From the IMG/VR virus record IMGVR_UViG_3300020042_003824, positions 1-26,442 of that record: a stretch of DNA of 26,442 nt; one strand, given 5' to 3'. The notes under the pieces are model-generated. The model did no database searches. It saw only the letters and a list, made by a program, of their open reading frames with translations, and was not told the DNA's origin. Shown piece by piece: positions 15,399 to 23,695 of the stretch. How positions within the stretch are numbered: position 1 is the stretch's first letter; each line of letters begins with the position of its first letter. The translations under genes and the position numbers were made by a program. Source of the stretch: a virus (Duplodnaviria; Caudoviricetes).

Positions 15399-16675
15399 GT
15401 AAGCAAGAAACACGCGTGAAGAAAGCGCACATTGCGCTGATGAAGCATCCCGAGACAGCGTTGTACTCAGGCGTTATGTTGATGGGTAAGAGCGAGGTCG
15501 TGGATGATGGATGTCCTACGGCATACACCGATGGTGTCAACAAGGTCTATGGTCGCAAGTTCTTGGAGACTGTGGATAGTGAGCCCAAGGTTCGTGGCTT
15601 GGTGTTACATGAGAATCTTCATGTGGCGTTGAAGCAGTTGCCAAGGGGTAAGGATATGTGGGAGGAGAATCACAAGCTCGCCAACATCGCCGCTGACATG
15701 GTAGTCAACAACATCATCGAAGATATTAAAGGCACAGTCAATGGTTCATCCGAGCGAATCGTAGAGTTGCCCGAAGGTGCGGTGTATGACTCCATGTTCC
15801 GAAACTGGTCGATGCGTGAGGTATACAACTATCTCAAGAAGAACTGCAAGGGTGGCAAGAAAGACAAAGGCAAGAACGAGGGAGGGCAAGGTAGCAAACC
15901 ACCCGAGGGTGGAAGCGGAGATAGCAATGACGATGGCGACACCATCACCATCAATGGCAAGACCTATGATCTTTCTAACTCAGACCAACATGATCTAGAT
16001 AACCTGAAAGATCTGACGCATGAGCAAGTCAAAGAGATCAACGATGCGATCGACAAGGCGTTGCGTGAGGGCGGGATGCTTGCGGGTCGTATGGGTGCAA
16101 AGATTCCTAGATCAATCTCAGACTTGCTTGAGCCCAAGGTCGATTGGCGTGAAGCGTTGCGTGAGTTTATATCCAGTGCCATCAAGGGCAAGGATGAATT
16201 CACTTGGCGCAAGATGAACAAGCGCCATCTCGCTAATGATATCTACTTGCCAAGCATGGAGAACGAAACGATCGGCGAGATAGTCGTTGCCATTGACACA
16301 TCAGGTTCAATCGGTAGCGAGCAGATTACCGAGTTCGCAACAGAACTGGTTTCTATTTGCGACCTTTGTTCTCCCGAAAAGGTTCGTGTTCTTTGGTGGG
16401 ATACCGATGTGCATGGTGAGCAAGTCTTTGTGGGCGACTACCAAAACATTGCAGGACTACTCAAGCCGATGGGCGGGGGCGGTACTCATGTGTCGTGTGT
16501 CAATGAATACATCAACAAGGAACGCATCAACGCAGAGTGCGTCATCGTGTTCACCGACGGGTATGTAGAGAACGACATCGCTTGGACTATTCCTAGCCCA
16601 ACCCTGTGGATGGTTACCGATAACAAATCGTTTGAGCCTCCTGTGGGCAAACTGGTGAAGTTTGGCGATGAGTAA
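15395..16675 (+). CDS. Metallopeptidase-vWA protein (DUF2201-like)
   Basis: TAYTDG, HEXXH (LHENLH), G/S/D-rich linker, MIDAS DTSGS...GGGT...FTDG; start moved to MSKQETR (GGAG RBS). Confidence 0.85.
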   Translation: MSKQETRVKKAHIALMKHPETALYSGVMLMGKSEVVDDGCPTAYTDGVNKVYGRKFLETVDSEPKVRGLVLHENLHVALKQLPRGKDMWEENHKLANIAADMVVNNIIEDIKGTVNGSSERIVELPEGAVYDSMFRNWSMREVYNYLKKNCKGGKKDKGKNEGGQGSKPPEGGSGDSNDDGDTITINGKTYDLSNSDQHDLDNLKDLTHEQVKEINDAIDKALREGGMLAGRMGAKIPRSISDLLEPKVDWREALREFISSAIKGKDEFTWRKMNKRHLANDIYLPSMENETIGEIVVAIDTSGSIGSEQITEFATELVSICDLCSPEKVRVLWWDTDVHGEQVFVGDYQNIAGLLKPMGGGGTHVSCVNEYINKERINAECVIVFTDGYVENDIAWTIPSPTLWMVTDNKSFEPPVGKLVKFGDE

Positions 16676-17066
16676 CTACATGGACTTGGTGATGCAACAA
16701 ACCAAGAAAGAATGGATAGAACTGGAACGTGAAAAACGTTTTCACAGACGGATTCACTTTCACAACTTGGTGTCGAGGGCTGAACGCATGGGTAAAGAAA
16801 CACACTTGAAAGGACTCAATGAGGGGTTCGCTGGAGTTGCGTATGAGATGAAAGGCGTGACAAAAGAAAGTAGACATCGATTATCCAAAGAGTTAGCGGA
16901 GGAACTGAGAGAACTGAATGGGGACAAGGCTTTTTTCTACTGTGTAGAAAAACTATCAAACAACACAAAAAACCCACAACTGTGGCGGGATGTGTTGACA
17001 TGGTTAGAGGAATTAAACAACGAGCCAGCAGGTGCTGGGTCACTAACTAAAGGGGAAACAGAATGA
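16668..17066 (+). CDS. Hypothetical protein
   Basis: Operon-packed; ATG 16668 preferred over the TTG at 16662. Confidence 0.65.
   Translation: MSNYMDLVMQQTKKEWIELEREKRFHRRIHFHNLVSRAERMGKETHLKGLNEGFAGVAYEMKGVTKESRHRLSKELAEELRELNGDKAFFYCVEKLSNNTKNPQLWRDVLTWLEELNNEPAGAGSLTKGETE
17012..17060 (+). repeat. Direct repeat A (hairpin + leader + RBS), copy 1
   Basis: ATTAAaCAACGAgCCAGCAggtGCTGGGTCACTAACTAAAGGGGAA. Confidence 0.85.
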
Positions 17067-18046
17067 ATGGTCTTAGCTATGCTCGTCTTGAGCAGATCAT
17101 GAAAGTGGAGAAGCCGTATCGTGGTACTACCGATCGGTATCCTGTGGGCAACCGCAGGCATAACCACAAGAACTTCTTTGTGCGAGAGGAGAATGGCGTA
17201 AAAGTATTTGATGTGACATACGGCACACGCCACAAGTCACATCACTGCACGAAAGAGGAATTTGATGCGGCGGAAGCGACAGGCAAAAATAATATTTATA
17301 AGCATGACTACAGCGACCGCATCGAATACCTCCGATACGAAGTAGTGCCACACAGAATCGGCACAGTCTATCCCGAAGAATACTTTCAATTCAATGGTGA
17401 ATACTACTATGGGCAGGGCGATCGTTCGTTCTTGAGTGACTGTACTAATGGATGGTTCCTTAACGATTCACGCAGGGGTGGAATGGTATGGACATTCGGT
17501 GGAGGAGGGAGGGGGAGGAAGGAGTTCTTCCGATGTATCCCAATCTTCAGAGGTATGCGTGTCTCGACTGCGGATAACTTTGATGTGCTTGATGACTATG
17601 CGGTGGTCGGTAAGAAAGTCAATCGTAAAGTAGGCAAAGATCTTCTTGGTGGGTACGAGTCTTTCTACAAGACTGCCGAGACCATGTGCAAAGCAATGCC
17701 CAGAGAGTTGTTCTTGGAGATAGCTAAGGAAGTCATTGATGAGAACAAAGACAAATACTTTGAAGCGGCTGAGGCACGACGAGATCAAGCACCGCTTGAT
17801 GCAATGATTCTCTATGCGATGGCGCTAGATGTAGGGAAGATCGACGCACAGATCATGCATCCGAGTTGGTATCAGTCAGAGCCTCACGAGATATTTTGCA
17901 ATCTCAAACGCAAGATGAATCATGGACTTTACAAAGAACATCCCGAGGTGTTCATCCCCGTGCATTACGGCAAGGGTGAGGCGTACCCGCCAAGCATTTG
18001 GGGATACGAAGTCATGGTCAACGGCGAGATAGTTCAGCAGTATTAA
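17063..18046 (+). CDS. Hypothetical protein (327 aa)
   Basis: Long ORF with AAGGGG RBS; bounded by repeat A copies. Confidence 0.8.
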   Translation: MNGLSYARLEQIMKVEKPYRGTTDRYPVGNRRHNHKNFFVREENGVKVFDVTYGTRHKSHHCTKEEFDAAEATGKNNIYKHDYSDRIEYLRYEVVPHRIGTVYPEEYFQFNGEYYYGQGDRSFLSDCTNGWFLNDSRRGGMVWTFGGGGRGRKEFFRCIPIFRGMRVSTADNFDVLDDYAVVGKKVNRKVGKDLLGGYESFYKTAETMCKAMPRELFLEIAKEVIDENKDKYFEAAEARRDQAPLDAMILYAMALDVGKIDAQIMHPSWYQSEPHEIFCNLKRKMNHGLYKEHPEVFIPVHYGKGEAYPPSIWGYEVMVNGEIVQQY

Positions 18047-18090
18047 TCAACGACCCAGCAACAGCTGGGTCACTAACTAAAAGGGGAACA
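18042..18090 (+). repeat. Direct repeat A, copy 2
   Basis: ATTAAtCAACGAcCCAGCAacaGCTGGGTCACTAACTAAAAGGGGAA. Confidence 0.85.
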
Positions 18091-18092
18091 AC

Positions 18093-19004
18093 ATGAGATA
18101 CATTCTTGACGGATTCGAGAGCGAGGAATTTGAGCAAAATCTCAAAGCGAGCGATGTCTTTCCATTTATACGAGACATCTGCCACAAGTTTGGTGTGAAA
18201 GTCTTATGCGAAACACCGACATCGGTAGGTATGGCGTTTCAGTTGTGCCACACCAATGGCATGGCGGTGGGCAAAGCGTTCACTCGCATGAACGGCGATA
18301 ACAAGCTTGAGTATTGCTATCGCACACCATACTACAAGAAAGAGCGTGGCAGAAGCGATGAAGATAAAGAGACACTGCATAGCACCAAAGTCTCTTCACT
18401 GATGGCAACCATTAGTAGAGTCAAAGCAATACCCTCTATTACTCAGTTACTCGACAAGAAGATGACCAAACTAAGTAGTGCGAGAGAGATTATGGAAAAA
18501 GCGATGGGCAATACTTACAAATCATTGGGCGAACTTCAAGCTGACGAGATTCAAGCATTGCTCTGTGCGTTTCTAGGGGAAAGTCCTAATGGAAATCACA
18601 TCACAATCGACACAATTAAATGTAAAAGGGTACTTGACAAATACGTTGAAGCTGATAGAGTAGCGGTTAAGAAGTTAGAAGAAGCTAATCGGTTTTTCAG
18701 CAATCCTTTCTACATGATTGGCGCAGATCAATTCGGTCACTTCATAGTTGGCAAAGTCAAAATCGTAGGGGACAAACAGTATGAAATCGTCGAGCAATTT
18801 AAACGATACAAAGACATCGCCGAGCGTGATGATCTTATCCCTGTGATGACCATGACTAAGCTATCTTACGAAGGTAAGAATCATCGTATGCAGAATGGCT
18901 ACATACCCGCAAGTGATATGTATGACGAGAACCTCGATGCGGTGTTCTTTTACGAGAGACAAGCCACACACTATGACTACATTTGGATGGCTACCCCATG
19001 CTGA
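18093..19004 (+). CDS. Hypothetical protein (303 aa)
   Basis: Long ORF with AAGGGG RBS. Confidence 0.8.
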   Translation: MRYILDGFESEEFEQNLKASDVFPFIRDICHKFGVKVLCETPTSVGMAFQLCHTNGMAVGKAFTRMNGDNKLEYCYRTPYYKKERGRSDEDKETLHSTKVSSLMATISRVKAIPSITQLLDKKMTKLSSAREIMEKAMGNTYKSLGELQADEIQALLCAFLGESPNGNHITIDTIKCKRVLDKYVEADRVAVKKLEEANRFFSNPFYMIGADQFGHFIVGKVKIVGDKQYEIVEQFKRYKDIAERDDLIPVMTMTKLSYEGKNHRMQNGYIPASDMYDENLDAVFFYERQATHYDYIWMATPC

Positions 19005-19345
19005 ATGAAATACTTGCCCCAGTAGTTCATCAACGAAATTGGGACTTAGTACGAGTCCCACTACGGCGTATTGCAGATCATTATGTCGTCTATGTCGCTG
19101 ATGGATACGCAAGGCGGTACGACGAGGACACGTTGCCTGATGAGTTGAAAACAAAGATGGCGATGATTCTTGCGAGCCCCCACAGCAAAGTGTTGCCTGA
19201 CCGCAGACTACAGAAGATCACACTCTATACAAACAATGAGTCAGAAGAGCTTGACGAGATAGGTTGGCAAGCATCGGAGACTTACTTTTGTATGGTGCTA
19301 ACACGCCCGACCTTGGCGCTGATGAAAGGAGAGAACAATGGCTAA
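18998..19345 (+). CDS. Hypothetical protein
   Basis: Operon-packed; start uncertain (18983 or 18998). Confidence 0.7.
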   Translation: MLNEILAPVVHQRNWDLVRVPLRRIADHYVVYVADGYARRYDEDTLPDELKTKMAMILASPHSKVLPDRRLQKITLYTNNESEELDEIGWQASETYFCMVLTRPTLALMKGENNG

Positions 19346-19631
19346 CACACCCGAGGGCAGGGTCAAAACCAAGATCAAGAAGATGCTTAGTGCATACGAC
19401 TGCTATATCACGATGCCGATTGGCACAGGGTTTGGTTGTGCGGGTGTGCCTGACTATCTTGTATGTATCAACGGACACTTCCTTGGAATCGAAGCTAAGG
19501 CGGGTAAGAACAAACCCACTGCTCTACAAGATCAGCACATGACCAACATTCGTAGGTTTGGGGGCTACACCATAGTCGTGAACGAGGATAACTTTGATGC
19601 GTTGGAAAAACTATTGAAGGACTTATCGTGA
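19338..19631 (+). CDS. VRR-NUC domain nuclease (PD-(D/E)XK)
   Basis: TPEGRVK...GVPDYL...FLGIEAKA...PTALQ. Confidence 0.85.
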   Translation: MANTPEGRVKTKIKKMLSAYDCYITMPIGTGFGCAGVPDYLVCINGHFLGIEAKAGKNKPTALQDQHMTNIRRFGGYTIVVNEDNFDALEKLLKDLS

Positions 19632-19738
19632 AAGTATTTTGGTGGACAGTCTTTTTAGTAAATATGTTAGCGGTCACGGTGACTGCACTAGTCGTGCTTG
19701 GCTGGTGGATAGCGTCAACGTTACCAAGGAGTTTTTAA
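19628..19738 (+). CDS. Small membrane protein (36 aa)
   Basis: Not in track: GTG start overlapping the upstream stop, AAGG RBS, KVFWWTVFLVNMLAVTVTALVVLGWWIAS. Confidence 0.5.
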   Translation: MKVFWWTVFLVNMLAVTVTALVVLGWWIASTLPRSF

Positions 19739-19939
19739 ATGGATGAACAAGACCGAAGTAATTTGCGTGATCTACACGCAGGATTTGCAATGATGGGTTT
19801 TTTGATGAGGGGAGAACATCCTCCATCAATTCCTAGTCTTGCATACGAACTTGCAGATGCAATGCAAGAAGCACGAGACCTGCATGGGGCAGGAATCGTA
19901 TCAGTGAAGCGAAGAAAAAAGGAGAAGGCAGATGACTAA
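19739..19939 (+). CDS. Conserved phage protein (LRD.FA...AYxxADAMxxAR motif)
   Basis: LRDLHAGFAMMG...AYELADAMQEAR; AAGGAG RBS. Confidence 0.75.
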   Translation: MDEQDRSNLRDLHAGFAMMGFLMRGEHPPSIPSLAYELADAMQEARDLHGAGIVSVKRRKKEKADD

Positions 19940-20387
19940 TGTAAAGAGAGTTAAGGGTCTTTTAAACAAAAACCCTGACATAAAAGTCGACGTTGTGATG
20001 AAGTTACTAAACGTGTCTAAACCATACGCACATAACTTACTGTCGGTGTGTCGCAGACGTTTAGAGATTTTTAAAGGTAGTGACGGTGCATACCGATTCA
20101 AAAAGATGAGTAACACTCCACCCTCGCGTGGAACGCTAAATAAAGTCCCAAGCATTGTGCAAGAACATTTCCACATCACAATGCTAGAAGACCCTGTGAA
20201 TCATCCCTCGCATTACAAGGTGGGCGGTATCGAGACGATCGACTTCATCGAGTCGAAAGAGCTTGGCTACAACCTTGGTAATGTGGTGAAGTACATCACA
20301 CGATCAGACCACAAGGGCAACAAGCTACAAGACTTGCAGAAGGCTCAGTGGTATCTCAACAGAGAAATTGCTAACACACAATCCTAA
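19932..20387 (+). CDS. DUF3310-domain protein with N-terminal HTH-like extension
   Basis: DPVNHPSHY...IETIDFI...GNVVKYITR...KG...DLQKAQWYL. Confidence 0.8.
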   Translation: MTNVKRVKGLLNKNPDIKVDVVMKLLNVSKPYAHNLLSVCRRRLEIFKGSDGAYRFKKMSNTPPSRGTLNKVPSIVQEHFHITMLEDPVNHPSHYKVGGIETIDFIESKELGYNLGNVVKYITRSDHKGNKLQDLQKAQWYLNREIANTQS

Positions 20388-20392
20388 TTCGT

Positions 20393-20418
20393 AGGCATGG
20401 TTCGCCATGCCTTTTTTT
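20393..20418 (+). terminator. Rho-independent terminator T4
   Basis: AGGCATGG-TTCG-CCATGCCT followed by a T-run. Confidence 0.85.
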
Positions 20419-20437
20419 GCGCCTGATGAATTTGTTA

Positions 20438-20452
20438 TTTGAAACCAGTTAT
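20438..20452 (+). repeat. Post-terminator repeat core, copy 4
   Basis: TTTGAAACCAGTTAT, again just after a terminator. Confidence 0.7.
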
Positions 20453-20466
20453 TTAAGGAGACGGCG

Positions 20467-20679
20467 ATGCTTGAGCCGATAAAAGCGTTCTTTGGTCGAG
20501 TGAAGGGACTGCACCCCAACACCAAGACAGTCGTGGCAGAGTCAACGCTGTGGCGATGCAAGGTGTGCGGAAACATTTTTAATTCAAAGGAAGAAGGGAA
20601 TATTCATGGAGTGTCCTCACTGCGGTGCGTGGAGTCTGGTCAAGGAGACAAGATCGTCTCCCACAAGGTACAGGCGTAG
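20467..20679 (+). CDS. Small zinc-finger-like protein
   Basis: AAGGAG RBS; WRCKVCGNIF...H; 74-nt overlap with the next gene. Confidence 0.6.
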   Translation: MLEPIKAFFGRVKGLHPNTKTVVAESTLWRCKVCGNIFNSKEEGNIHGVSSLRCVESGQGDKIVSHKVQA

Positions 20680-20839
20680 GAGGGAGTGTGCAAATGAACA
20701 TAGCTTCACAACCGAAGAAGTCGTCGTCCCACAAGAGCAGATCAAAGCGGAAAACACAGACCGTATCCAGTCTCATAGAAAAAAACATGTGGAATCCGTT
20801 CGAGCGAGTAGATCCAAAAGTGCTAGAACAGCTACATAA
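20606..20839 (+). CDS. NrdR-like N-terminal zinc-ribbon protein
   Basis: MECPHCG...VKETR...RRRRECANEHSFTTEE resembles the NrdR zinc ribbon; no ATP-cone. Confidence 0.7.
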   Translation: MECPHCGAWSLVKETRSSPTRYRRRRECANEHSFTTEEVVVPQEQIKAENTDRIQSHRKKHVESVRASRSKSARTAT

Positions 20840-20900
20840 GAAACACGAAAAAACGGCACGCAAGGTCTTGCTGATTAACTTTGATGAAGCACCGATATGA
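20787..20900 (+). CDS. Small hypothetical protein (37 aa)
   Basis: MWNPFERVDPKVLEQL...EAPI*; ATGA overlap with the polymerase start. Confidence 0.45.
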   Translation: MWNPFERVDPKVLEQLHKKHEKTARKVLLINFDEAPI

Positions 20901-22762
20901 AAACTGTAACTCTTGACTTTGAAACTTACTACGCCAAAGGCTTGGGCTTCAAAACTCAAACGACCGAGGAGTATGTACGAGATCGTCGCTTTGAAGTGGT
21001 CGGTGTCGGCGTAAAGATTGACGAACAACCAACTACTTGGTTCTCAGGAACGAAGGATGAGATCAAAGAACATTTACTGAAGATTGACTGGGATGATGCG
21101 GCCTTGCTGTGTCACAACACCTTGTTCGATGGATGTATCTTGGCATGGCACTTTGGAATTAACCCAACGCTACTACTTGACACCCTATGTATGGCGAGGG
21201 CGATACATGGCGTGGATGCAGGCGGCTCACTCAAGGCGTTGGCTATGCGTTACGAGATTGGTGAGAAAGGCGACGAGGTGATTCACGCGGAGGGTAAGAA
21301 ACGCCTTGACTTCAGCGAAGAAGAACTTCAACGATATGGTGAGTATTGCAAGAACGATGTCGATCTCACTTTAAAGCTGTTCAAAATATTGTCGAGCGAG
21401 TTTCCTGACAATGAAATTAAATTGATCGACATGACATTGCGGATGTTCACGCACCCATTGTTTCATGTGGACGATGCGTTGCTCCAAGACCGACTGATTG
21501 ATTTGCAAGAAGAGAAGATGGCGCTACTCCAAACGTTGATGGAGAAACTCAAATGCAAGGATGAAGAAGAGGTTCGCAAGAAGCTGGCAAGCAACAAACA
21601 GTTTGCTGTTGTGCTGGAAGGGCTGGGCGTCAAGCCACCCATGAAGGTAAGTCCACGAACAGGAAAGGATACGTATGCACTGGCAAAAAACGATGAGGGG
21701 TTCTTGGCGCTCACTGAGCATGAGGATGAATTCGTGCAACATCTTTGTGCAGTACGACTTGGGACTATGTCCACTCTTGAAGAATCCCGTATCCAACGAT
21801 TTATCGACATCGGGAAGCGTAACAAGGGACGCCTACCCATACCCCTCAAGTATTACGGCGCTCACACAGGCAGATGGGCTGGCTCTGATAAGGTCAATTT
21901 CCAGAATTTGCCCAGTCGAGATAAAAAGAAAAAGACCCTCAAGAACGCAGTTATCCCGCCCGATGGATATATCGTTATCAACTGTGACTCGTCGCAGATC
22001 GAGGCGCGTGTCTTGGTATGGCTTGCTGGACAGGAGGATGTTGTTAAACAGTTTGCGAATGGAGAAGATGTCTACTCTGTGTTCGCCACCAAAATATACG
22101 AACGACCCATTAGCAAAGAAAATCCTGTGGAACGCTTCGTTGGAAAGACCTGTATTCTGGGTCTAGGCTACGGCACTGGCGCGTTAAAACTTCAGCACAC
22201 GCTCAAGACAAGTCCCCCCGGGGCTGTCGTCTCAGAGGCAGAAGCCAAGAGTTATGTTGATACATACCGAGATGCTAACGATAAGGTCACCCAGCTTTGG
22301 CGTGATGGTGACAAAGTCATCGCTGATCTTGCCTACTGGGGAGACACCAAGCCGTACACCTACGGCAAGCACAAATGCTTGAAGGTGACCAAGGAAGGGA
22401 TAACCCTACCTAACGGACTGATGATTCGTTACGCTGAGATTAAACGTGACACTGAAGAATCTAAAACGCGATACATCTACAAGTCGCGTAAAGGGCCCGT
22501 TTCCATCTGGGGCGGATCGCTAGTTGAAAACGTAGTTCAAGCATTGGCAAGGATTGTTGTTGGCGAACAGATGCTCAAGATACAAGAGCGCTACCGTGTT
22601 GCTCTAACAGTTCATGATGCGGCTGTCATCTTAGTTCCTGAGTCAGAGAAAGATGAGGCGCTTGAATATATCGTTGAGTGCATGTCTGCACCTCCCGATT
22701 GGGCTAAAGGATTACCCGTAGCTTGTGAAGCAAAGTTTGGGTACAGCTATGGCGAGTGCTGA
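20897..22762 (+). CDS. polA: DNA polymerase, family A, with 3'-5' exonuclease
   Basis: ExoI DFET, ExoII HNTLFD, ExoIII YCKND; HTGRW, NFQNLP; motif A DSSQIEAR; motif B RFVGKTCILGLGYG; motif C VHD. Confidence 0.95.
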   Translation: MKTVTLDFETYYAKGLGFKTQTTEEYVRDRRFEVVGVGVKIDEQPTTWFSGTKDEIKEHLLKIDWDDAALLCHNTLFDGCILAWHFGINPTLLLDTLCMARAIHGVDAGGSLKALAMRYEIGEKGDEVIHAEGKKRLDFSEEELQRYGEYCKNDVDLTLKLFKILSSEFPDNEIKLIDMTLRMFTHPLFHVDDALLQDRLIDLQEEKMALLQTLMEKLKCKDEEEVRKKLASNKQFAVVLEGLGVKPPMKVSPRTGKDTYALAKNDEGFLALTEHEDEFVQHLCAVRLGTMSTLEESRIQRFIDIGKRNKGRLPIPLKYYGAHTGRWAGSDKVNFQNLPSRDKKKKTLKNAVIPPDGYIVINCDSSQIEARVLVWLAGQEDVVKQFANGEDVYSVFATKIYERPISKENPVERFVGKTCILGLGYGTGALKLQHTLKTSPPGAVVSEAEAKSYVDTYRDANDKVTQLWRDGDKVIADLAYWGDTKPYTYGKHKCLKVTKEGITLPNGLMIRYAEIKRDTEESKTRYIYKSRKGPVSIWGGSLVENVVQALARIVVGEQMLKIQERYRVALTVHDAAVILVPESEKDEALEYIVECMSAPPDWAKGLPVACEAKFGYSYGEC

Positions 22763-22878
22763 TGCGGGTACTGTGGAAATACATCAACATGAAGACCCGT
22801 GATGTTCATTTCTCATGGGATCGTTGGCGCAGGAAAGATGGGTTTTGGGAGTTCAGAATACCTCCCAAGGATGTATGA
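22762..22878 (+). CDS. Small Trp-rich hypothetical protein (38 aa)
   Basis: Not in track: MRVLWKYINMKTRDVHFSWDRWRRKDGFWEFRIPPKDV*; TGATG overlap. Confidence 0.5.
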   Translation: MRVLWKYINMKTRDVHFSWDRWRRKDGFWEFRIPPKDV

Positions 22879-22900
22879 TAAGTAAAGAAGGAGTTAACAT

Positions 22901-23137
22901 ATGGAATCCCACGAAGACGAAGCGTTCAACGAGATTGAGCGAAAAGCCAAGCAACGCATGGAAGCGGTCAGGGCGGCGATGCTTAGAGAAGAGGACGACG
23001 ACATCCAAGACTACAAGAAGCCGTGGGTAGGGCTGACGGATGAGGAAGTAAACGACATCGTGTGGAGCTTGCCATATGAACCAAGCCAAGTGGACATCCG
23101 AGCCATCGAAGCCAAACTCAAGGAGAAGAACCTATGA
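22901..23137 (+). CDS. Hypothetical protein (WVGLTDEE...AIEAKLKEKN motif)
   Basis: AAGGAG RBS; motif common in small phage proteins. Confidence 0.75.
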   Translation: MESHEDEAFNEIERKAKQRMEAVRAAMLREEDDDIQDYKKPWVGLTDEEVNDIVWSLPYEPSQVDIRAIEAKLKEKNL

Positions 23138-23337
23138 GATACCGCATTACATACAACAATGGAATGTATGCCGACTGGGACTCAATGCAGAAAGAACTTG
23201 CATGGGCGTATCGGTGGGGCGTGTTCCTGTATGCCATCCGACTCAACATAGGCGCATGGAGAGCAGGGCATAAGTCATTCAAGTATTGGCTGTACGTCCT
23301 ACGCAGGAAGCCGAAGATTACAAGGGAGAAGCTATGA
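23134..23337 (+). CDS. Hypothetical protein
   Basis: AAGGAG RBS, ATGA overlap. Confidence 0.65.
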   Translation: MRYRITYNNGMYADWDSMQKELAWAYRWGVFLYAIRLNIGAWRAGHKSFKYWLYVLRRKPKITREKL

Positions 23338-23483
23338 CACGCAAAGTTTGGTACACGACCGATGACTATGGGACGCTGTGGCGGTTTGTTGAAACAGCAT
23401 CAGGCGCTATGTTTTGGTGGGATGCCATCCACGAAACAGTGGTGATGAAGATTCTTGGGTATACACAGTGGGAGAAAACATGA
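23334..23483 (+). CDS. Hypothetical protein (49 aa)
   Basis: Start moved to MTRKVWY; GGGAG RBS, ATGA overlap. Confidence 0.6.
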   Translation: MTRKVWYTTDDYGTLWRFVETASGAMFWWDAIHETVVMKILGYTQWEKT

Positions 23484-23695
23484 CCTTTAGAGAGACAACA
23501 ATTAAATACATAAAAGATATTCTTAGATCAAAGACTATTTCTGAAGTAATTTACGCCGAACTTCAAGAGGCGCACCTACGCAAACTTGAGGCTGAGACTG
23601 CCGCTGAGTATGCAGATGAAGCAATCAAATACAACAATCGCCGAATTGAACGGCTGAAGCAACGCTTGTTTGAACATGCAGGGGAGGACGCATGA
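23480..23695 (+). CDS. Small coiled-coil protein
   Basis: Start moved to MTFRETT; GGGAG RBS, ATGA overlap. Confidence 0.7.
   Translation: MTFRETTIKYIKDILRSKTISEVIYAELQEAHLRKLEAETAAEYADEAIKYNNRRIERLKQRLFEHAGEDA

Noticed and set aside
20423-20446. CTGATGA...GAAAC second hammerhead-like core
   Set aside because: No credible stem II, stem III or cleavage triplet; the GAAAC belongs to the post-terminator repeat.
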